A program made the position numbers and the translations under genes. A model generated the notes under the pieces. It was not told the origin of the DNA, ran no database searches, and saw only the letters and a program-made list of their open reading frames with translations. DNA of 64,000 nucleotides from Acidimicrobiia bacterium (lineage in GTDB: Bacteria; Actinomycetota; Acidimicrobiia; IMCC26256; JAGNEX01), in assembly GCA_020637365.1 (NCBI GenBank), contig JACJWE010000002.1, forward strand, positions 592,776-656,775. The letters run 5' to 3'. Of this stretch, positions 27,064 to 39,727 are shown piece after piece. The first letter of the stretch is position 1; each line of letters starts with the position of its first letter.

Positions 27064-28020
27064 CTAGTCCTGTTTTCCGCCAGCCGCCTCGGCATCCATT
27101 TGCTTGTAGATATATGCCTGCTGCGCTATCTGGAACAGGTTTGTCGTCAAGAAGTACAGACAAACCCCTGCTGGCATGATGAACGCTATGTAGCCCATGA
27201 ACAAGGGCATGAACTTGAGCGCCGCTTGTCCAGGCATCTGCTGCGCACCTTGAGCGGTGCGCCGACCCATGGTCTGTCGCTGTTGGACGATGGCTGTGGC
27301 CGCGACCAATCCGACCAGGATGAATGCCGGAATACGATCGGCTGCCGAGCCATCCGATTGAGAAGCGGCTTCCGAGAGGTTCAACACGCCAAGAAACTTC
27401 GAACCCTTGTCGAGACAGCCCGCGTGATCCTCACGTGCCAACAACAAGTCGTCTTGCGTAATCGTGTTCGCCCTGCCCTCAAGCAGCGCGTACTTCTCGT
27501 TGTCGGCCGCGTCTTCACTGTCCTTGAGGGCTTCGAAATCTTCGACGCTCTCAACTCCATCGGTGTCATTGGGGCGCACAACTTCCAGGACTTCAAAGCG
27601 TTGCGGAGGCGTAGCGTCTTCCATGAAGGCAGCGGGAGTACCACACAATTCTTCGAACAGTGCCGAGTCGTTCGGGAGATGGGCCACCGGACCCCGAAAC
27701 ACCGAGTACAGGCCGATCAACAACGGCAACTGGACGATCAAAGGGAGACAGCCAGATAGTGGACTGACCTTGCGCTCTTTGTAGAGCTTCATGGTCTCTT
27801 CGCTGACCTTCTGGCGGTCATCTTTGTACTTCTCTTGCAGGGCCTTGATCTCGGGTTGTAGCTCCTGCATAGCTCGTGCCGAACGGGCTTGTTTGGCCGA
27901 CAGCGGATACAGCAGCATGCGAAGCAGCAGTGTCAACAGGATGATCGCAAATCCATAGGATGGGATCACCGAGTAAAAGAAGGCGAGGATCTGACCGATC
28001 AGGTCCTGAAACGCTCCCAT
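27064..28020 (-). CDS. yidC: Membrane protein insertase YidC
   Basis: AIILLTLLLRMLLYPLSAKQ and CLPLIVQLPLLIGLY motifs, in the expected position. Confidence 0.9.
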   Translation of the reverse strand: MGAFQDLIGQILAFFYSVIPSYGFAIILLTLLLRMLLYPLSAKQARSARAMQELQPEIKALQEKYKDDRQKVSEETMKLYKERKVSPLSGCLPLIVQLPLLIGLYSVFRGPVAHLPNDSALFEELCGTPAAFMEDATPPQRFEVLEVVRPNDTDGVESVEDFEALKDSEDAADNEKYALLEGRANTITQDDLLLAREDHAGCLDKGSKFLGVLNLSEAASQSDGSAADRIPAFILVGLVAATAIVQQRQTMGRRTAQGAQQMPGQAALKFMPLFMGYIAFIMPAGVCLYFLTTNLFQIAQQAYIYKQMDAEAAGGKQD

Positions 28021-28025
28021 GTCAC

Positions 28026-28292
28026 CTACTTTGGTTGTTCATCAGAAGATGCGCTACGGCCAGAATTGGCTTGACGCTCGGTTGGTGGGGGGACCGGGTC
28101 ATATCCGTAGCTGCCCCATGGATGACAACGGCCGATTCGCCTCATCGACATCCACCCACCACGGCCGACACCGTAGACCTCGATGGCTTCTCGGGCATAT
28201 TGCGAGCATGTCGGCAGATAACGGCACCTCGGTGGACGCGTGGAACTCCACGCCTGATACCACCCGATCAGCTTTAGCGCGACGAAGCGCAC
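28026..28292 (-). CDS. yidD: Membrane protein insertion efficiency factor YidD
   Basis: CRYLPTCSQYAREAI and RCHPW motifs. Confidence 0.9.
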   Translation of the reverse strand: MRFVALKLIGWYQAWSSTRPPRCRYLPTCSQYAREAIEVYGVGRGGWMSMRRIGRCHPWGSYGYDPVPPPTERQANSGRSASSDEQPK

Positions 28293-28603
28293 GACGCCCG
28301 CGCCGCCTCGGCGACCGAGGTTCGAAGTGCCTCAAACGGAGTATCCAAACTGGCCCGTTGAGCGATCAGCAAGTACGCCCGATCGTGAAGAAACGAGCTG
28401 CTCTCAGCCGCTACCGCGTGACGAAGGCGTCGACGAATTCGGTTCCGCTCGACGGCGTTACCCACCCGACGATTGACGGTGAAGCCGACCTGCGGCCCAG
28501 CAGTTTCGCCCAGAGGAATGGACTTCATCCAAAACCCTTCCCCTCGACGACGCGGGGCGCGGCTCAACAGGGCGAAAACGCTCCGTTGAGTGACCGACTT
28601 CAC
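28274..28603 (-). CDS. rnpA: Ribonuclease P protein component
   Basis: GFTVNRRVGNAVERNRIRRRLRH is the RNR motif. The GTG start shares one nucleotide with the rpmH stop. Confidence 0.9.
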   Translation of the reverse strand: MKSVTQRSVFALLSRAPRRRGEGFWMKSIPLGETAGPQVGFTVNRRVGNAVERNRIRRRLRHAVAAESSSFLHDRAYLLIAQRASLDTPFEALRTSVAEAARASCASSR

Positions 28604-28737
28604 TAGGCAGTCAAACGCCGACGGCCACGCACGCGACGCGCGCGAATGACGGCACGTCCCGAGCGGGTGCGCATCCTGGTCCGAAAGCCGTGCTTACGCT
28701 TGCGGCGACGATTGTTGGGCTGAAACGTGCGCTTCAT
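28603..28737 (-). CDS. rpmH: 50S ribosomal protein L34
   Basis: I translated this by hand because it is below the ORF-track length cutoff: [56 protein letters not shown] lies upstream. Confidence 0.95.
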   Translation of the reverse strand: MKRTFQPNNRRRKRKHGFRTRMRTRSGRAVIRARRVRGRRRLTA

Positions 28738-28992
28738 GGGTTCCTCCTCCAGACGCGGCACGATCCGCAGGTACTGACGAGCGCCAGCTAGATATCTTGC
28801 GGCGTCGGTCCTGCGGCAAAATCGAGTCCGCAGGCTATCGGCCCGTACGTGGCGCTCGCAACGCGGTCGTTACCCTGTCCCTTGGCAGAGGGCTCCGGGC
28901 GTTGCTACCGTGCGGGGTCTGACTCTGGTCTGAGGTGTGGCCCACGCAAGCTGTCCCTGTGGCCCGACAAGTGTTTGTTCCGGAGGGACGTC

Positions 28993-30420
28993 GTGCACGA
29001 TCGTGAAGAAATCTCGCTCGACCAACACGAACTCTGGGGCGCCGCGAGCACCATTTTGCAAGATCGGCTCGGTTCCGCCTGGAGCACCTGGTTCGACGGT
29101 TCAGTACCAGAGAGCTTCGACCCGCAGACCCGTGTCCTGACACTCGCCGTTCCAAGCGAATACGTCCGCACTCGGATAGAGGACAAATACGCAGACCGGG
29201 TCGTCGAGGTGTTGCACCAGGTCACCGCTGCCGACATTCGCCTCGCGCTCACCGTCAAGACCATCGGACGCGATCTCACCACCGACCCGCAACCGGCGCC
29301 ACCACCGACGGCAGCCCGCGACATCCGGCCACCCGCTTCATCGCCCCCGCCCCTGTCATCGTCGATGAACACCACCGTTGAAGACCGCATCTCGATGCTG
29401 AATCCTCGCTACAGCTTCGACAACTTTGTCGCGGGTTCCTCGAATCGCTTCGCCTACGCCGCAGCGATGAACGTCGCCGAAGCTCCAGCGCGTTCGTATA
29501 ACCCGCTTTTCATCTACGGCCCCGCTGGCCTGGGAAAAACACATTTGCTGCACGCCATTGCGCACCTCGTTCAGCAGGTCTACCCCTCTGTTCGGGTTCG
29601 CTATGTCACCACCGAAACATTCATGAACGAGTTCGTCGACTCGATCCGCTTCCAGAAGGCGTCCGATTTCAACCGTCGCTACCGCGAAGTCGACGTGTTA
29701 CTGATCGACGATATTCAGTTCATCGAAGGTAAAGAAGGTTTTCAAGAAGCGTTCTTTCACACCTTCAACTTCCTCCATAACGCTCACAGCCAGATCGTGC
29801 TGTCATCAGACCGACCGCCGAAAGCCATCGACACGCTCGAAGCACGTCTGCGAAGTCGATTCGAATGGGGCCTGATCACCGATATTCAGCCGCCAGATCT
29901 GGAAACGCGCATGGCCATTCTCGGCCGGAAAGCAGAACTCGAAGGTTTCGACGTGCCCGAAGACGTTCGCCAGTTCATATCTGAGCGGATCACCAACAAC
30001 GTTCGTGAACTCGAAGGTGCACTCACACGTGTCGCTGCCTACTCCCGGCTCCATGGGGTACCACTCGACCGGTCCATCGCCGAACACGAGCTCTCCGACT
30101 TGATGAGTGACGATCCAGAACGACACATCACTCCCGAACTCATCATCAACGAAGCCTCAGCGATGTTTGGCATCCAACCCGAAGAACTGATCGGTCATAG
30201 CCGCAAGCGTCAGTTTGTGACCGCTCGCCAGGTTGCTATGTATACGTTTCGCACCTTCACCGATCTCAGCTTCCCCGACATCGCCAAGCTCTTCAGCGAC
30301 CGCGATCACACGACGGTGATGCACGCTGTCCGAAAGGTTGAGAGCACCATGGCCGACAACAGTCAGACCTACAACAACGTCCACGAACTATTCCGGCGCT
30401 TGAAGCAAGGCGGTGGATAG
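28993..30420 (+). CDS. dnaA: Chromosomal replication initiator DnaA
   Basis: Walker A GPAGLGKTHLLHAI, DDIQFI, and the C-terminal DNA-binding domain RQVAMY...DHTTVMHA. GTG 28993 follows a GGAGGGA RBS. The ORF is open from 28849. Confidence 0.95.
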   Translation: MHDREEISLDQHELWGAASTILQDRLGSAWSTWFDGSVPESFDPQTRVLTLAVPSEYVRTRIEDKYADRVVEVLHQVTAADIRLALTVKTIGRDLTTDPQPAPPPTAARDIRPPASSPPPLSSSMNTTVEDRISMLNPRYSFDNFVAGSSNRFAYAAAMNVAEAPARSYNPLFIYGPAGLGKTHLLHAIAHLVQQVYPSVRVRYVTTETFMNEFVDSIRFQKASDFNRRYREVDVLLIDDIQFIEGKEGFQEAFFHTFNFLHNAHSQIVLSSDRPPKAIDTLEARLRSRFEWGLITDIQPPDLETRMAILGRKAELEGFDVPEDVRQFISERITNNVRELEGALTRVAAYSRLHGVPLDRSIAEHELSDLMSDDPERHITPELIINEASAMFGIQPEELIGHSRKRQFVTARQVAMYTFRTFTDLSFPDIAKLFSDRDHTTVMHAVRKVESTMADNSQTYNNVHELFRRLKQGGG

Positions 30421-30628
30421 CGCTGTGGATAAACAGTGGAAATTGTGGATAACTGGGTACCTAAACCGCCAATATGGGTTCTGACCCCAAAAGTTTTCAA
30501 CAGTTGTGGATAGCTCTGTGGATGAATTCAACGCCGTTTACCTGCGGTTCTTGTGATCTTCCACAATCCACAGGACCTATTACTAGAAGTTACAAATCTA
30601 TGAACCTTGTGCACAACGAGGAGACACT
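30421..30628. other. oriC candidate (dnaA-dnaN intergenic DnaA-box cluster with an AT-rich unwinding patch)
   Basis: TGTGGATAA at 30424-30432 and 30444-30452, TGTGGATAG at 30505-30513, and TGTGGATGA at 30517-30525. Opposite-orientation boxes are TCTTCCACA 30557-30565 and CAATCCACA 30564-30572. The AT-rich stretch TATTACTAGAAGTTACAAATCTATGAA spans about 30578-30604. Confidence 0.8.
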
Positions 30629-31723
30629 GTGAAGTTCCGCTGCGAACGCGACATGCTGACCGAAGCCATCACATCTGCTCAACGAGCCGTCACATCGAGA
30701 ACCGGCGTGTTACCGGTTCTTTCTGGCTTGTTCATGCGAGCCGAAGATGGCCAGATCGAAATTGTGGGATCCGACCTGGATCTCACCATTCGAGTGAAGA
30801 TCGATGCTGACGTAGATCAAGCAGGTGATGCGGTCGTATCGGCCCGCCTGCTCAGTGACATCGTTAAGCGGCTCGAACCAGGGGCTGTGTCGATCGATGT
30901 CTCACAAGACGAGGCGCGTATTTCTTCACGCCGAAGCGAGTTCACGCTCCGTACGCTGCCCGTTGGAGAATTCCCCGATCTGCCCGAACCCGAACTCGAG
31001 TTCGTCGAGATCGACGGTGACCAGTTCGCAGCAGCGATCCGGCAGGTAGCACCGTCGTCATCAAAAGACGAAGCCCGTCCGATTTTGACCGGTGTGTTGT
31101 TGGAATCGACGGATGATGGCCTTCGTCTGGTCTCGACCGACTCCTATCGGCTCGCCGTCCGGGATCTCGCAGGAACGCGAGTCCTCGAGTCGGGCAAGAA
31201 CGTTCTGGTCTCGGCAAAAGCATTGGGCGAGCTTCAGCGAGCGGTGACCGAGGGCCCGATTCAGGTCGGTTTCGGCGCTGGCGACGCGTCGTTCCAGCTG
31301 GGCTCGACGACGATCCTGTCTCGACTGATCATGGGGCAGTTCCCGGCCTACCGGAAGCTGATTCCCGAGAATCAGCCGAATCGGTTGATCCTGGAACGCG
31401 AAGCGCTCGGAGACGCCATCCGCCGGGTCAAGACCGTTGCCCAGGGACGCGACCACGTGTCGATCCGCATCGCGATGGAATCGGGACGCATAGAAATCAC
31501 GGCAAGCGCTGCTGATGTTGGTGAAGCTCGTGACGAACTCGATGCGGATTTCACCGGTGAAGGCATGACCGTCGCGTTTAATCCCGACTTTCTCCTCGAC
31601 GGTATCGGTGCCATCGAAACCGAACGCGTCGTGATCGAAACGACCGACAGTCTCAAACCAGCGGTGATCATGGGCGAGGATGACTCGGAGTTTTTGTATC
31701 TCTTGATGCCGGTTCGTGGATAG
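30629..31723 (+). CDS. dnaN: DNA polymerase III beta sliding clamp
   Basis: MKFRCERDMLTEAITSAQRAV, 364 aa, with a GTG start after an AGGAGA RBS, in the expected position. Confidence 0.95.
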   Translation: MKFRCERDMLTEAITSAQRAVTSRTGVLPVLSGLFMRAEDGQIEIVGSDLDLTIRVKIDADVDQAGDAVVSARLLSDIVKRLEPGAVSIDVSQDEARISSRRSEFTLRTLPVGEFPDLPEPELEFVEIDGDQFAAAIRQVAPSSSKDEARPILTGVLLESTDDGLRLVSTDSYRLAVRDLAGTRVLESGKNVLVSAKALGELQRAVTEGPIQVGFGAGDASFQLGSTTILSRLIMGQFPAYRKLIPENQPNRLILEREALGDAIRRVKTVAQGRDHVSIRIAMESGRIEITASAADVGEARDELDADFTGEGMTVAFNPDFLLDGIGAIETERVVIETTDSLKPAVIMGEDDSEFLYLLMPVRG

Positions 31724-31743
31724 CGAGCTTGGGGAACTCATCG

Positions 31744-32847
31744 GTGTGGATCCAAGAGCTGTGGATGCGAAACGTCCGTCGTCACAGCGATCTGCACCTT
31801 GAGTTCAACGAGCGGATCACCGCAATCGTTGGGCCAAATGCCGAGGGAAAAACCACGGTGCTCGAGGCGCTTGCGTGGTTGATTACGGGGACGTCGATTC
31901 GTCCGGTTCCCGATAGAACGCTCATCTCGACGGGGCAGTCAGAGGCGATCATCAGGGCGCGCCTTGACGATGTGGGCCGTGAGGTCTTGATCGAGGGACA
32001 GCTTGGCTCCGGGCGGTCTCGTGTCGAGGTCAACCGTCAACCGGTCGCGCGCCGAGCAGAACTGTCAAGGGTCGTTCGCCTGACACCATTCACCCCTGAC
32101 GATCTCCAGCTGGTCAAGGCCGGACCGTCGGGACGTCGAGCATTTCTCGATCATCTGACTTCGTCGATTGCGCCCGGTGTTGGCGTGGCTCAGCGAGAGT
32201 TGGAGCGGATTCTGCGGCATCGAAATGCCCTGCTCAAGAGCATGTCGAGGGGCGAGGCGTCCAACGATGAATTCAACACGCTCTCGATTTGGAATGATCA
32301 GTTTGTTGCGGCCAGCGGCCGGATCGTGGGAGCGCGTCTTCGACTGATTCAGATGCTCCTCGATGCTGCAGAACCGTTATACGGCGCGATCGCTGATCAA
32401 CCCGCTGCGCTGACCGCCCGCTATGACAGTGATTGGCTTGACGTCTCGTCCAGTACAGCCATTGAACAGCAGCTGTTGGCTGCGCTCGACGGAGCCTCCG
32501 ATGATGAACGGAGGCGCGGCATCACCTTGGTTGGACCTCACCGCGATGATTGGTCGCTCGCTCTCAACGGCTTGGATGCCCGGACCTGTGGTTCACAAGG
32601 TGAGCAGCGGTCCTTGGCACTGGCGCTTCGTCTCGCCGGGCATCGGGTCGTCACCGAGCTCACCGGTACGGCGCCGATCGTGCTCCTCGACGATGTCTTT
32701 TCAGAGCTCGATGACAGGCGGCGGGACGCGTTGGTGAGGAACCTTCCCGTTGGTCAAGTGATCGTGACTTCAGCGACCGACCTTCCCGAAGACCTTCCGG
32801 TCGATCGAACCATTTGGTTGAATTCTCAGGGCGGTGAGCTCCCATGA
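31744..32847 (+). CDS. recF: DNA replication and repair protein RecF
   Basis: Walker A GPNAEGKTTVLEAL and the signature GSQGEQRSLALALRLA. GTG 31744 gives the typical MWIQELWMRNVRRH N-terminus. The ORF is open from 31729. Confidence 0.9.
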   Translation: MWIQELWMRNVRRHSDLHLEFNERITAIVGPNAEGKTTVLEALAWLITGTSIRPVPDRTLISTGQSEAIIRARLDDVGREVLIEGQLGSGRSRVEVNRQPVARRAELSRVVRLTPFTPDDLQLVKAGPSGRRAFLDHLTSSIAPGVGVAQRELERILRHRNALLKSMSRGEASNDEFNTLSIWNDQFVAASGRIVGARLRLIQMLLDAAEPLYGAIADQPAALTARYDSDWLDVSSSTAIEQQLLAALDGASDDERRRGITLVGPHRDDWSLALNGLDARTCGSQGEQRSLALALRLAGHRVVTELTGTAPIVLLDDVFSELDDRRRDALVRNLPVGQVIVTSATDLPEDLPVDRTIWLNSQGGELP

Positions 32848-33152
32848 TCAAAGACTCCGGACACGACGACCCAATTCCTTTGAGTGAACTGATTGACGAT
32901 CTACGCCTTGAGCTGGGGATTCCGGACGAGAATGACCTCGTGTTGACAGAGGACATTTTTGCCGAGGCCATCGGGCCTGAAGTGATGCAGCGGGTCCGTT
33001 CCGTGACCGTCCACGGCGGCGTCCTCGAGGTCGAGGTCGACGACCCGGCGATTGCTTCTCTCCTGAAATATCAAGGCCAAAGCGTCGTTCGAGACGTGAA
33101 TCAACGCGCTGGCCGCAAGGTGTTGGAACGGATCAAGGTACGCCATTCGTAA
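32844..33152 (+). CDS. dciA: DUF721/DciA-family protein (mycobacterial Rv0004 position)
   Basis: 102 aa between recF and gyrB, with an ATGA overlap onto recF. The motif VTVHGGVLEVEVDDPAIASLLKYQ resembles the DUF721 core. Confidence 0.7.
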   Translation: MIKDSGHDDPIPLSELIDDLRLELGIPDENDLVLTEDIFAEAIGPEVMQRVRSVTVHGGVLEVEVDDPAIASLLKYQGQSVVRDVNQRAGRKVLERIKVRHS

Positions 33153-33180
33153 CCTGGTAAACTGGACGTTCCGTATGTAA

Positions 33181-35148
<1,968 letters not shown>

Positions 35149-35155
35149 GGCATCT

Positions 35156-37720
35156 ATGGCGCCCGACGACGTGACGGTCGAACCAGTCGACAACCCGCAG
35201 ATCGAAATCCAAGAGGAGATGGAACGCTCCTTCTTGGATTACGCGATGTCGGTCATCGTCTCACGAGCACTGCCCGACGTTCGCGACGGTCTGAAACCTG
35301 TGCATCGCCGAATTCTCTACGGCATGTACGCCCAGGGAATCAGACCCGATCGTCCGCACCGAAAATGCGCCCGTGTCGTCGGCGACGTCATGGGTCGGTA
35401 TCACCCCCACGGCGACTCAGCGATCTACGACGCGTTGGCCCGTATGGCCCAGGATTTCTCGCTGCGTCACATTCTCGTCGACGGTCATGGCAACTTTGGA
35501 TCGCCGGACCCGAACGACCGTCCCGCTGCGATGCGGTACACCGAATGTCGTCTGGCGCCGCTCGCGATGCAGATGCTCACCGGCATCGACGAAGACACGA
35601 TCGACTTCGTCGACACCTATGACGGTGAAGACACCGAACCCGAAGTTCTTCCGGCACGATTCCCGAACCTCTTGGTGAACGGATCAACCGGCATCGCCGT
35701 TGGTATGGCGACCAACATTCCGCCGCACAACATGGGCGAAGTCATCGACGCAGCGATTCACGTGTTGGACAATCCAACCGCCGATGCCGACACCCTGATG
35801 GAGTTCGTCAAAGGCCCGGACTTTCCGACCGGCGCGTTCATTCTCGGTCGCCGCGGTATCCAGGACGCATACCGAACCGGACGAGGGTCGGTCAAGATGC
35901 GGGCCAAGGCTGAAATTCAAGAAGGTAAAAGCGGCCGTACCGAGATTGTTATTACCGAAGTTCCGTTCCAAACCTCGGTTGAAGTCATCGGAACCAAGAT
36001 CGAAGAGCTCACCAAGGAACGCCGCATCGAAGGCATCTCCGATGTGACGAACTCCTCAGCTCGAGGCGTCCAGCGCCTCGTCGTCACGCTGCGTCGAGAC
36101 GCCAACGCCCAGGTGATTTTGAATCAGCTCTACAAGATGACACCGATGCAGACGAGCTTTGGTGTCAACATGCTGGCGCTCGACCACGGTGTGCCCAAGC
36201 TCATGAACCTGCCGCAGGTTCTGCGGCTGTACTGCGATCACCAGATCGACGTGGTGACCCGGCGGACCGAATTCCGTCTTCGCAAGGCTCGCGATCGCGC
36301 CCACATCGTCGAAGGCCTGCTCAGGGCTATCGACATGCTCGACGAAGTGATCAGCCTGATCCGCGGCTCGGTGGATGTCGAAACGGCTCGCTTTGGTTTG
36401 ATGGCCGAGCCATTCTCATTTTCTGAGATTCAGGCGAACCACATTCTCGATATGCCGCTTCGTCGTTTGACCGGCCTGGAGCGTCAGAAACTTCAAGATG
36501 AATACCGCGACCTGTTGGCATTGATCACCGAACTCGAGAGCATCCTGGCCGATGACGCCAAGCTCAAGATGGTGATCAAGGCAGAACTGACCGAAATCCG
36601 TGAGAAGTTTGCCGATGAGCGGCGAAGCATCATCACCCACGATCCCGGTGAACTCGATGATCTGGATCTCATCGACGATGAAGAATTGGTCGTCACGGTC
36701 TCTCACGACGGGTACGTCAAGGCCATGTCACCGGGCGTGTTCCGTGAGCAGGGTCGCGGCGGCAAAGGCATCGCCGGTGCCCGGTTGAAAGATGGCGATT
36801 ATGTCGCTCATCTGCTGACGACGACCGCCCACGCGTACCTGCTGTTCTTCTCGAATCAGGGCCGTGTCTATCGGATCCGTGGTCATGAAATTCCGGTGAT
36901 GGACCGGACAGCGCGCGGCCTCGCGTTGGTCAACCTGCTGGCGTTGGATCAAGGCGAAAAGGTTCAAGCCATTATCGATACGCGCACCTACGAAGAAGGC
37001 GCGTATCTGCTGTTTGCGACTCGCCAGGGCCTGATCAAAAAGACCCGGATGTCCGCGTACGATTCGTCGCTGCGTGCTGGTCTTATAGCGATCAACCTCA
37101 AGGACGGTGACGAGCTCGTTCGCGTGCTCCAAACCACTGGTGAGAATGAGGTGTTGATCGTGTCCGCAAACGGTAAGGGCATCAGATTTGACGAATCAGA
37201 TGTTCGCCCAATGGGGCGGGCCGCCGCGGGTGTGCGGGGTATGAAACTGAGCGGTGATGACGAGGTCGTTGACTGCGACGCTCTTCGACCGGGAACAGAA
37301 GTACTGACCGTCACCTCTGGTGGATTAGGTAAGCGGACCCCGATCGACCAGTTCAGGATTCAGGGACGAGGTGGGCAAGGTATCCGTGCCATGTCGCTCC
37401 GTCCCGATGACCGTGTCGTAGCGTCGTTCGTCGTCGATGAAACCGACCAGATGATGTTGGTATCGTCCTCTGGCAACCTCATTCGCTTCCCGGTGGCAGA
37501 CGTTTCGGTTCAGGGACGGTCAGCGCGTGGAGTGATGGTTGCTCGAGTGAAAGAACACGAATCCATCGTGGCTGCCGCCAGAGTTCTTGACACCATCGAC
37601 AACTTGGGTGACGACGAAGCCTCCGACGATGTAGAAACTCTCGAGGCGACAGAAACGTCCAGTCCAGACGGCGTCGATACGACGAAGCCTGGTCATGAGG
37701 AGCACCAACGTGACATCTGA
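35156..37720 (+). CDS. gyrA: DNA gyrase subunit A
   Basis: [34 protein letters not shown] (catalytic Tyr), and C-terminal beta-pinwheel repeats. Confidence 0.95.
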   Translation: MAPDDVTVEPVDNPQIEIQEEMERSFLDYAMSVIVSRALPDVRDGLKPVHRRILYGMYAQGIRPDRPHRKCARVVGDVMGRYHPHGDSAIYDALARMAQDFSLRHILVDGHGNFGSPDPNDRPAAMRYTECRLAPLAMQMLTGIDEDTIDFVDTYDGEDTEPEVLPARFPNLLVNGSTGIAVGMATNIPPHNMGEVIDAAIHVLDNPTADADTLMEFVKGPDFPTGAFILGRRGIQDAYRTGRGSVKMRAKAEIQEGKSGRTEIVITEVPFQTSVEVIGTKIEELTKERRIEGISDVTNSSARGVQRLVVTLRRDANAQVILNQLYKMTPMQTSFGVNMLALDHGVPKLMNLPQVLRLYCDHQIDVVTRRTEFRLRKARDRAHIVEGLLRAIDMLDEVISLIRGSVDVETARFGLMAEPFSFSEIQANHILDMPLRRLTGLERQKLQDEYRDLLALITELESILADDAKLKMVIKAELTEIREKFADERRSIITHDPGELDDLDLIDDEELVVTVSHDGYVKAMSPGVFREQGRGGKGIAGARLKDGDYVAHLLTTTAHAYLLFFSNQGRVYRIRGHEIPVMDRTARGLALVNLLALDQGEKVQAIIDTRTYEEGAYLLFATRQGLIKKTRMSAYDSSLRAGLIAINLKDGDELVRVLQTTGENEVLIVSANGKGIRFDESDVRPMGRAAAGVRGMKLSGDDEVVDCDALRPGTEVLTVTSGGLGKRTPIDQFRIQGRGGQGIRAMSLRPDDRVVASFVVDETDQMMLVSSSGNLIRFPVADVSVQGRSARGVMVARVKEHESIVAAARVLDTIDNLGDDEASDDVETLEATETSSPDGVDTTKPGHEEHQRDI

Positions 37721-38288
37721 CCCGGCAACGAGTCATCGGACACGCGAGCGTGCTCGCGTGTCGAGCGATTCGCACGCTCAGGACGAAGAGCACCGCTCAA
37801 GCGCAGCACGCCGCCCCCGTGCCCGAGGAAACCCCGCCCGAGGCGGCGAGGGTTCGGGTCAACTCATGCGCATTCAGACCTCACGGGTCATCTTGAAGAT
37901 CGATCCCTGGTCGACGTTGCGTATCTCACTCATGTTCTTTCTTGGTATGTACACGGTGGCGTTGGTCGGCGGGGTCATCCTGTGGATGATTGGACGCGCT
38001 GCGGGACTTTTTTCGACTCTGGAATCGACGGTCGAAGGGTTCGGGCTCGATGACTTTCAGCTGAGGGGCTCAGCAGCGCTGGTCTACGCGATCATCGTCG
38101 GGTTGTTGCTGGTGATTATCTCAACCATCGGAGCGGTCATTTCGGCATTCGTCTACAACGTCGCCTCACGCACCTTTGGGGGGCTGCGCGTCACCCATAT
38201 CGAGGAAGTTCGTCCCGTTCGTCGGCTGGTGTCAGCGCCCGGTAACGTATCGTCTCCTGATCACGGTCGACCGGCCCAACGCCGGTAG
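37695..38288 (+). CDS. DUF3566-like transmembrane protein (mycobacterial Rv0007 position)
   Basis: A basic disordered N-terminus precedes the core KIDPWSTLRISLMFFLGMY and further TM helices. The start is uncertain because the ORF overlaps gyrA by 26 nt. Confidence 0.65.
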   Translation: MRSTNVTSDPATSHRTRERARVSSDSHAQDEEHRSSAARRPRARGNPARGGEGSGQLMRIQTSRVILKIDPWSTLRISLMFFLGMYTVALVGGVILWMIGRAAGLFSTLESTVEGFGLDDFQLRGSAALVYAIIVGLLLVIISTIGAVISAFVYNVASRTFGGLRVTHIEEVRPVRRLVSAPGNVSSPDHGRPAQRR

Positions 38289-38299
38289 TTCGTTTTTTC

Positions 38300-38373
<74 letters not shown>

Positions 38374-38382
38374 CAGCACATA

Positions 38383-38403
38383 GGCTGGTCAACATGACCA
38401 GCC
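38383..38403 (+). terminator. Hairpin directly after tRNA-Ile
   Basis: The 9-bp stems GGCTGGTCA and TGACCAGCC flank a 3-nt loop. Only a short T run follows. Confidence 0.4.
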
Positions 38404-38764
38404 TTCGTCGCGTCACAAGCCGGAAGTTTGCGTTGAGCCCACGCACTTGGTTGCTGCTCGCGCTGACCGCAGCAGTCCTTATGATCTGTGCGGTGTTGTT
38501 ATCACGGCTGCGCGGTCGTGGGGGTGTTCCGACAACCGAGGGAGGTTGGCGCGCCGAGCCCCTACCGCAGCTGGTGTCAGCTGGCGGTCCTGAGTTGAGC
38601 CCCAACTAGGTGGGTGAGTTCAGCTCACCGCTCCACACCAGTCGCTCCGAACCCCACCGATCTATTTGACCCCAAAGCACTAGACTCGGGTGGGATGGTT
38701 CCCCCGGTCCGTTTCTACGGATGTATGTCTGAACCGTCGCAGCTCGTCAGAGTGGGGTGCTTGG

Positions 38765-39706
38765 ATGAAAATAGCGATAACCGGAGCAAGCGGGTTTATT
38801 GGAACCGCGCTCAGGCGGGCACTGTCAGGTCACGAACTCATCGCGCTGCGTCGCGGGCATACAGCGGTCGCGCCAGACATCATGTGGAACCCTGATTCAG
38901 GCCACCTGTCCCCACGAGATCTCGAAGGTGTTGACGCGGTTATCAACCTTGCTGGCGAAAATATCGGCGCCAAACGATGGACGGTGACCCAAAAGGCCCG
39001 CCTGCTTGAAAGCCGTACCCGCGGCACGGCGCTGCTCGTGCGAGCGTTCGAACGTATGGACCGTCCCCCATCGGTCTTTCTCAGCGCTTCGGCGATTGGC
39101 TACTACGGCGCGAACTGCGGCGACACCGTGCTGGACGAACGCGCCCCAGCCGGCAACGACTTTTTGGCAGATCTCTGTGTGGAATGGGAACGAGCGGCGC
39201 TCGCGGCGAGCGATATCGGGGTTCGGGTTGCGACCTTGCGCACCGGCATTGTGCTCGACCCATCGGGCGGAGTACTCGCTCGTCAGCTTCCCGCTTTCAA
39301 ACTTGGACTTGGCGGCCGCCAAGGCCCAGGCACCCAGTGGATGAGTTGGATCACCCTCACCGATCATGTTCGAGCGACCAGGTTCATCCTCGACAACGAC
39401 AGCGTCGATGGGCCTGTCAACCTGGTCTCTCCTGATCCGGTCACGAATGCGGCATTCGCCAAAACGCTCGGGAACGCGTTGCATCGCCCAACGTTCCTGC
39501 CTACGCCGATGGCGCCCCTCAAAGCGCTATACGGCTCTGAGCTCGTGACGAGCCTCCTGCTCGCGAGTCAACGGTGCCAACCAAGGCGGTTGCAACAGGG
39601 AGGATTTGTCTTCGAGCAGCCGACGCTCGACAGCGCGTTCGCCTCGATGAACATCGGTCCATCGAAGCGGTCCGGTACCCATGTCCATTCGGGCCGTGAG
39701 CGCTAG
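38765..39706 (+). CDS. TIGR01777/SDR39U1-family epimerase-like protein (YfcH type, DUF1731 C-terminus)
   Basis: MKIAITGASGFIGTALRRAL Rossmann start at ATG 38765, and a C-terminal region PTPMAPLKALYGSE...QRCQPRRLQQGGFVF typical of this family. Confidence 0.75.
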   Translation: MKIAITGASGFIGTALRRALSGHELIALRRGHTAVAPDIMWNPDSGHLSPRDLEGVDAVINLAGENIGAKRWTVTQKARLLESRTRGTALLVRAFERMDRPPSVFLSASAIGYYGANCGDTVLDERAPAGNDFLADLCVEWERAALAASDIGVRVATLRTGIVLDPSGGVLARQLPAFKLGLGGRQGPGTQWMSWITLTDHVRATRFILDNDSVDGPVNLVSPDPVTNAAFAKTLGNALHRPTFLPTPMAPLKALYGSELVTSLLLASQRCQPRRLQQGGFVFEQPTLDSAFASMNIGPSKRSGTHVHSGRER

Positions 39707-39727
39707 CGCCATCGACCGCGTGGGCCG

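Noticed and set aside
28738-28992. Expected DnaA boxes in the rpmH-dnaA spacer
   Set aside because: Only weak matches are present (TGTGGCCCA and TGTGGCCCG, with 3 mismatches or more). The convincing clusters are downstream of dnaA and upstream of dnaB.
38394-38609. 71-aa plus-strand ORF with one hydrophobic segment after tRNA-Ile
   Set aside because: Its ATG sits in the loop of the post-tRNA hairpin and has no RBS. It could be a tiny membrane protein, but the support is too weak to report it as a feature.
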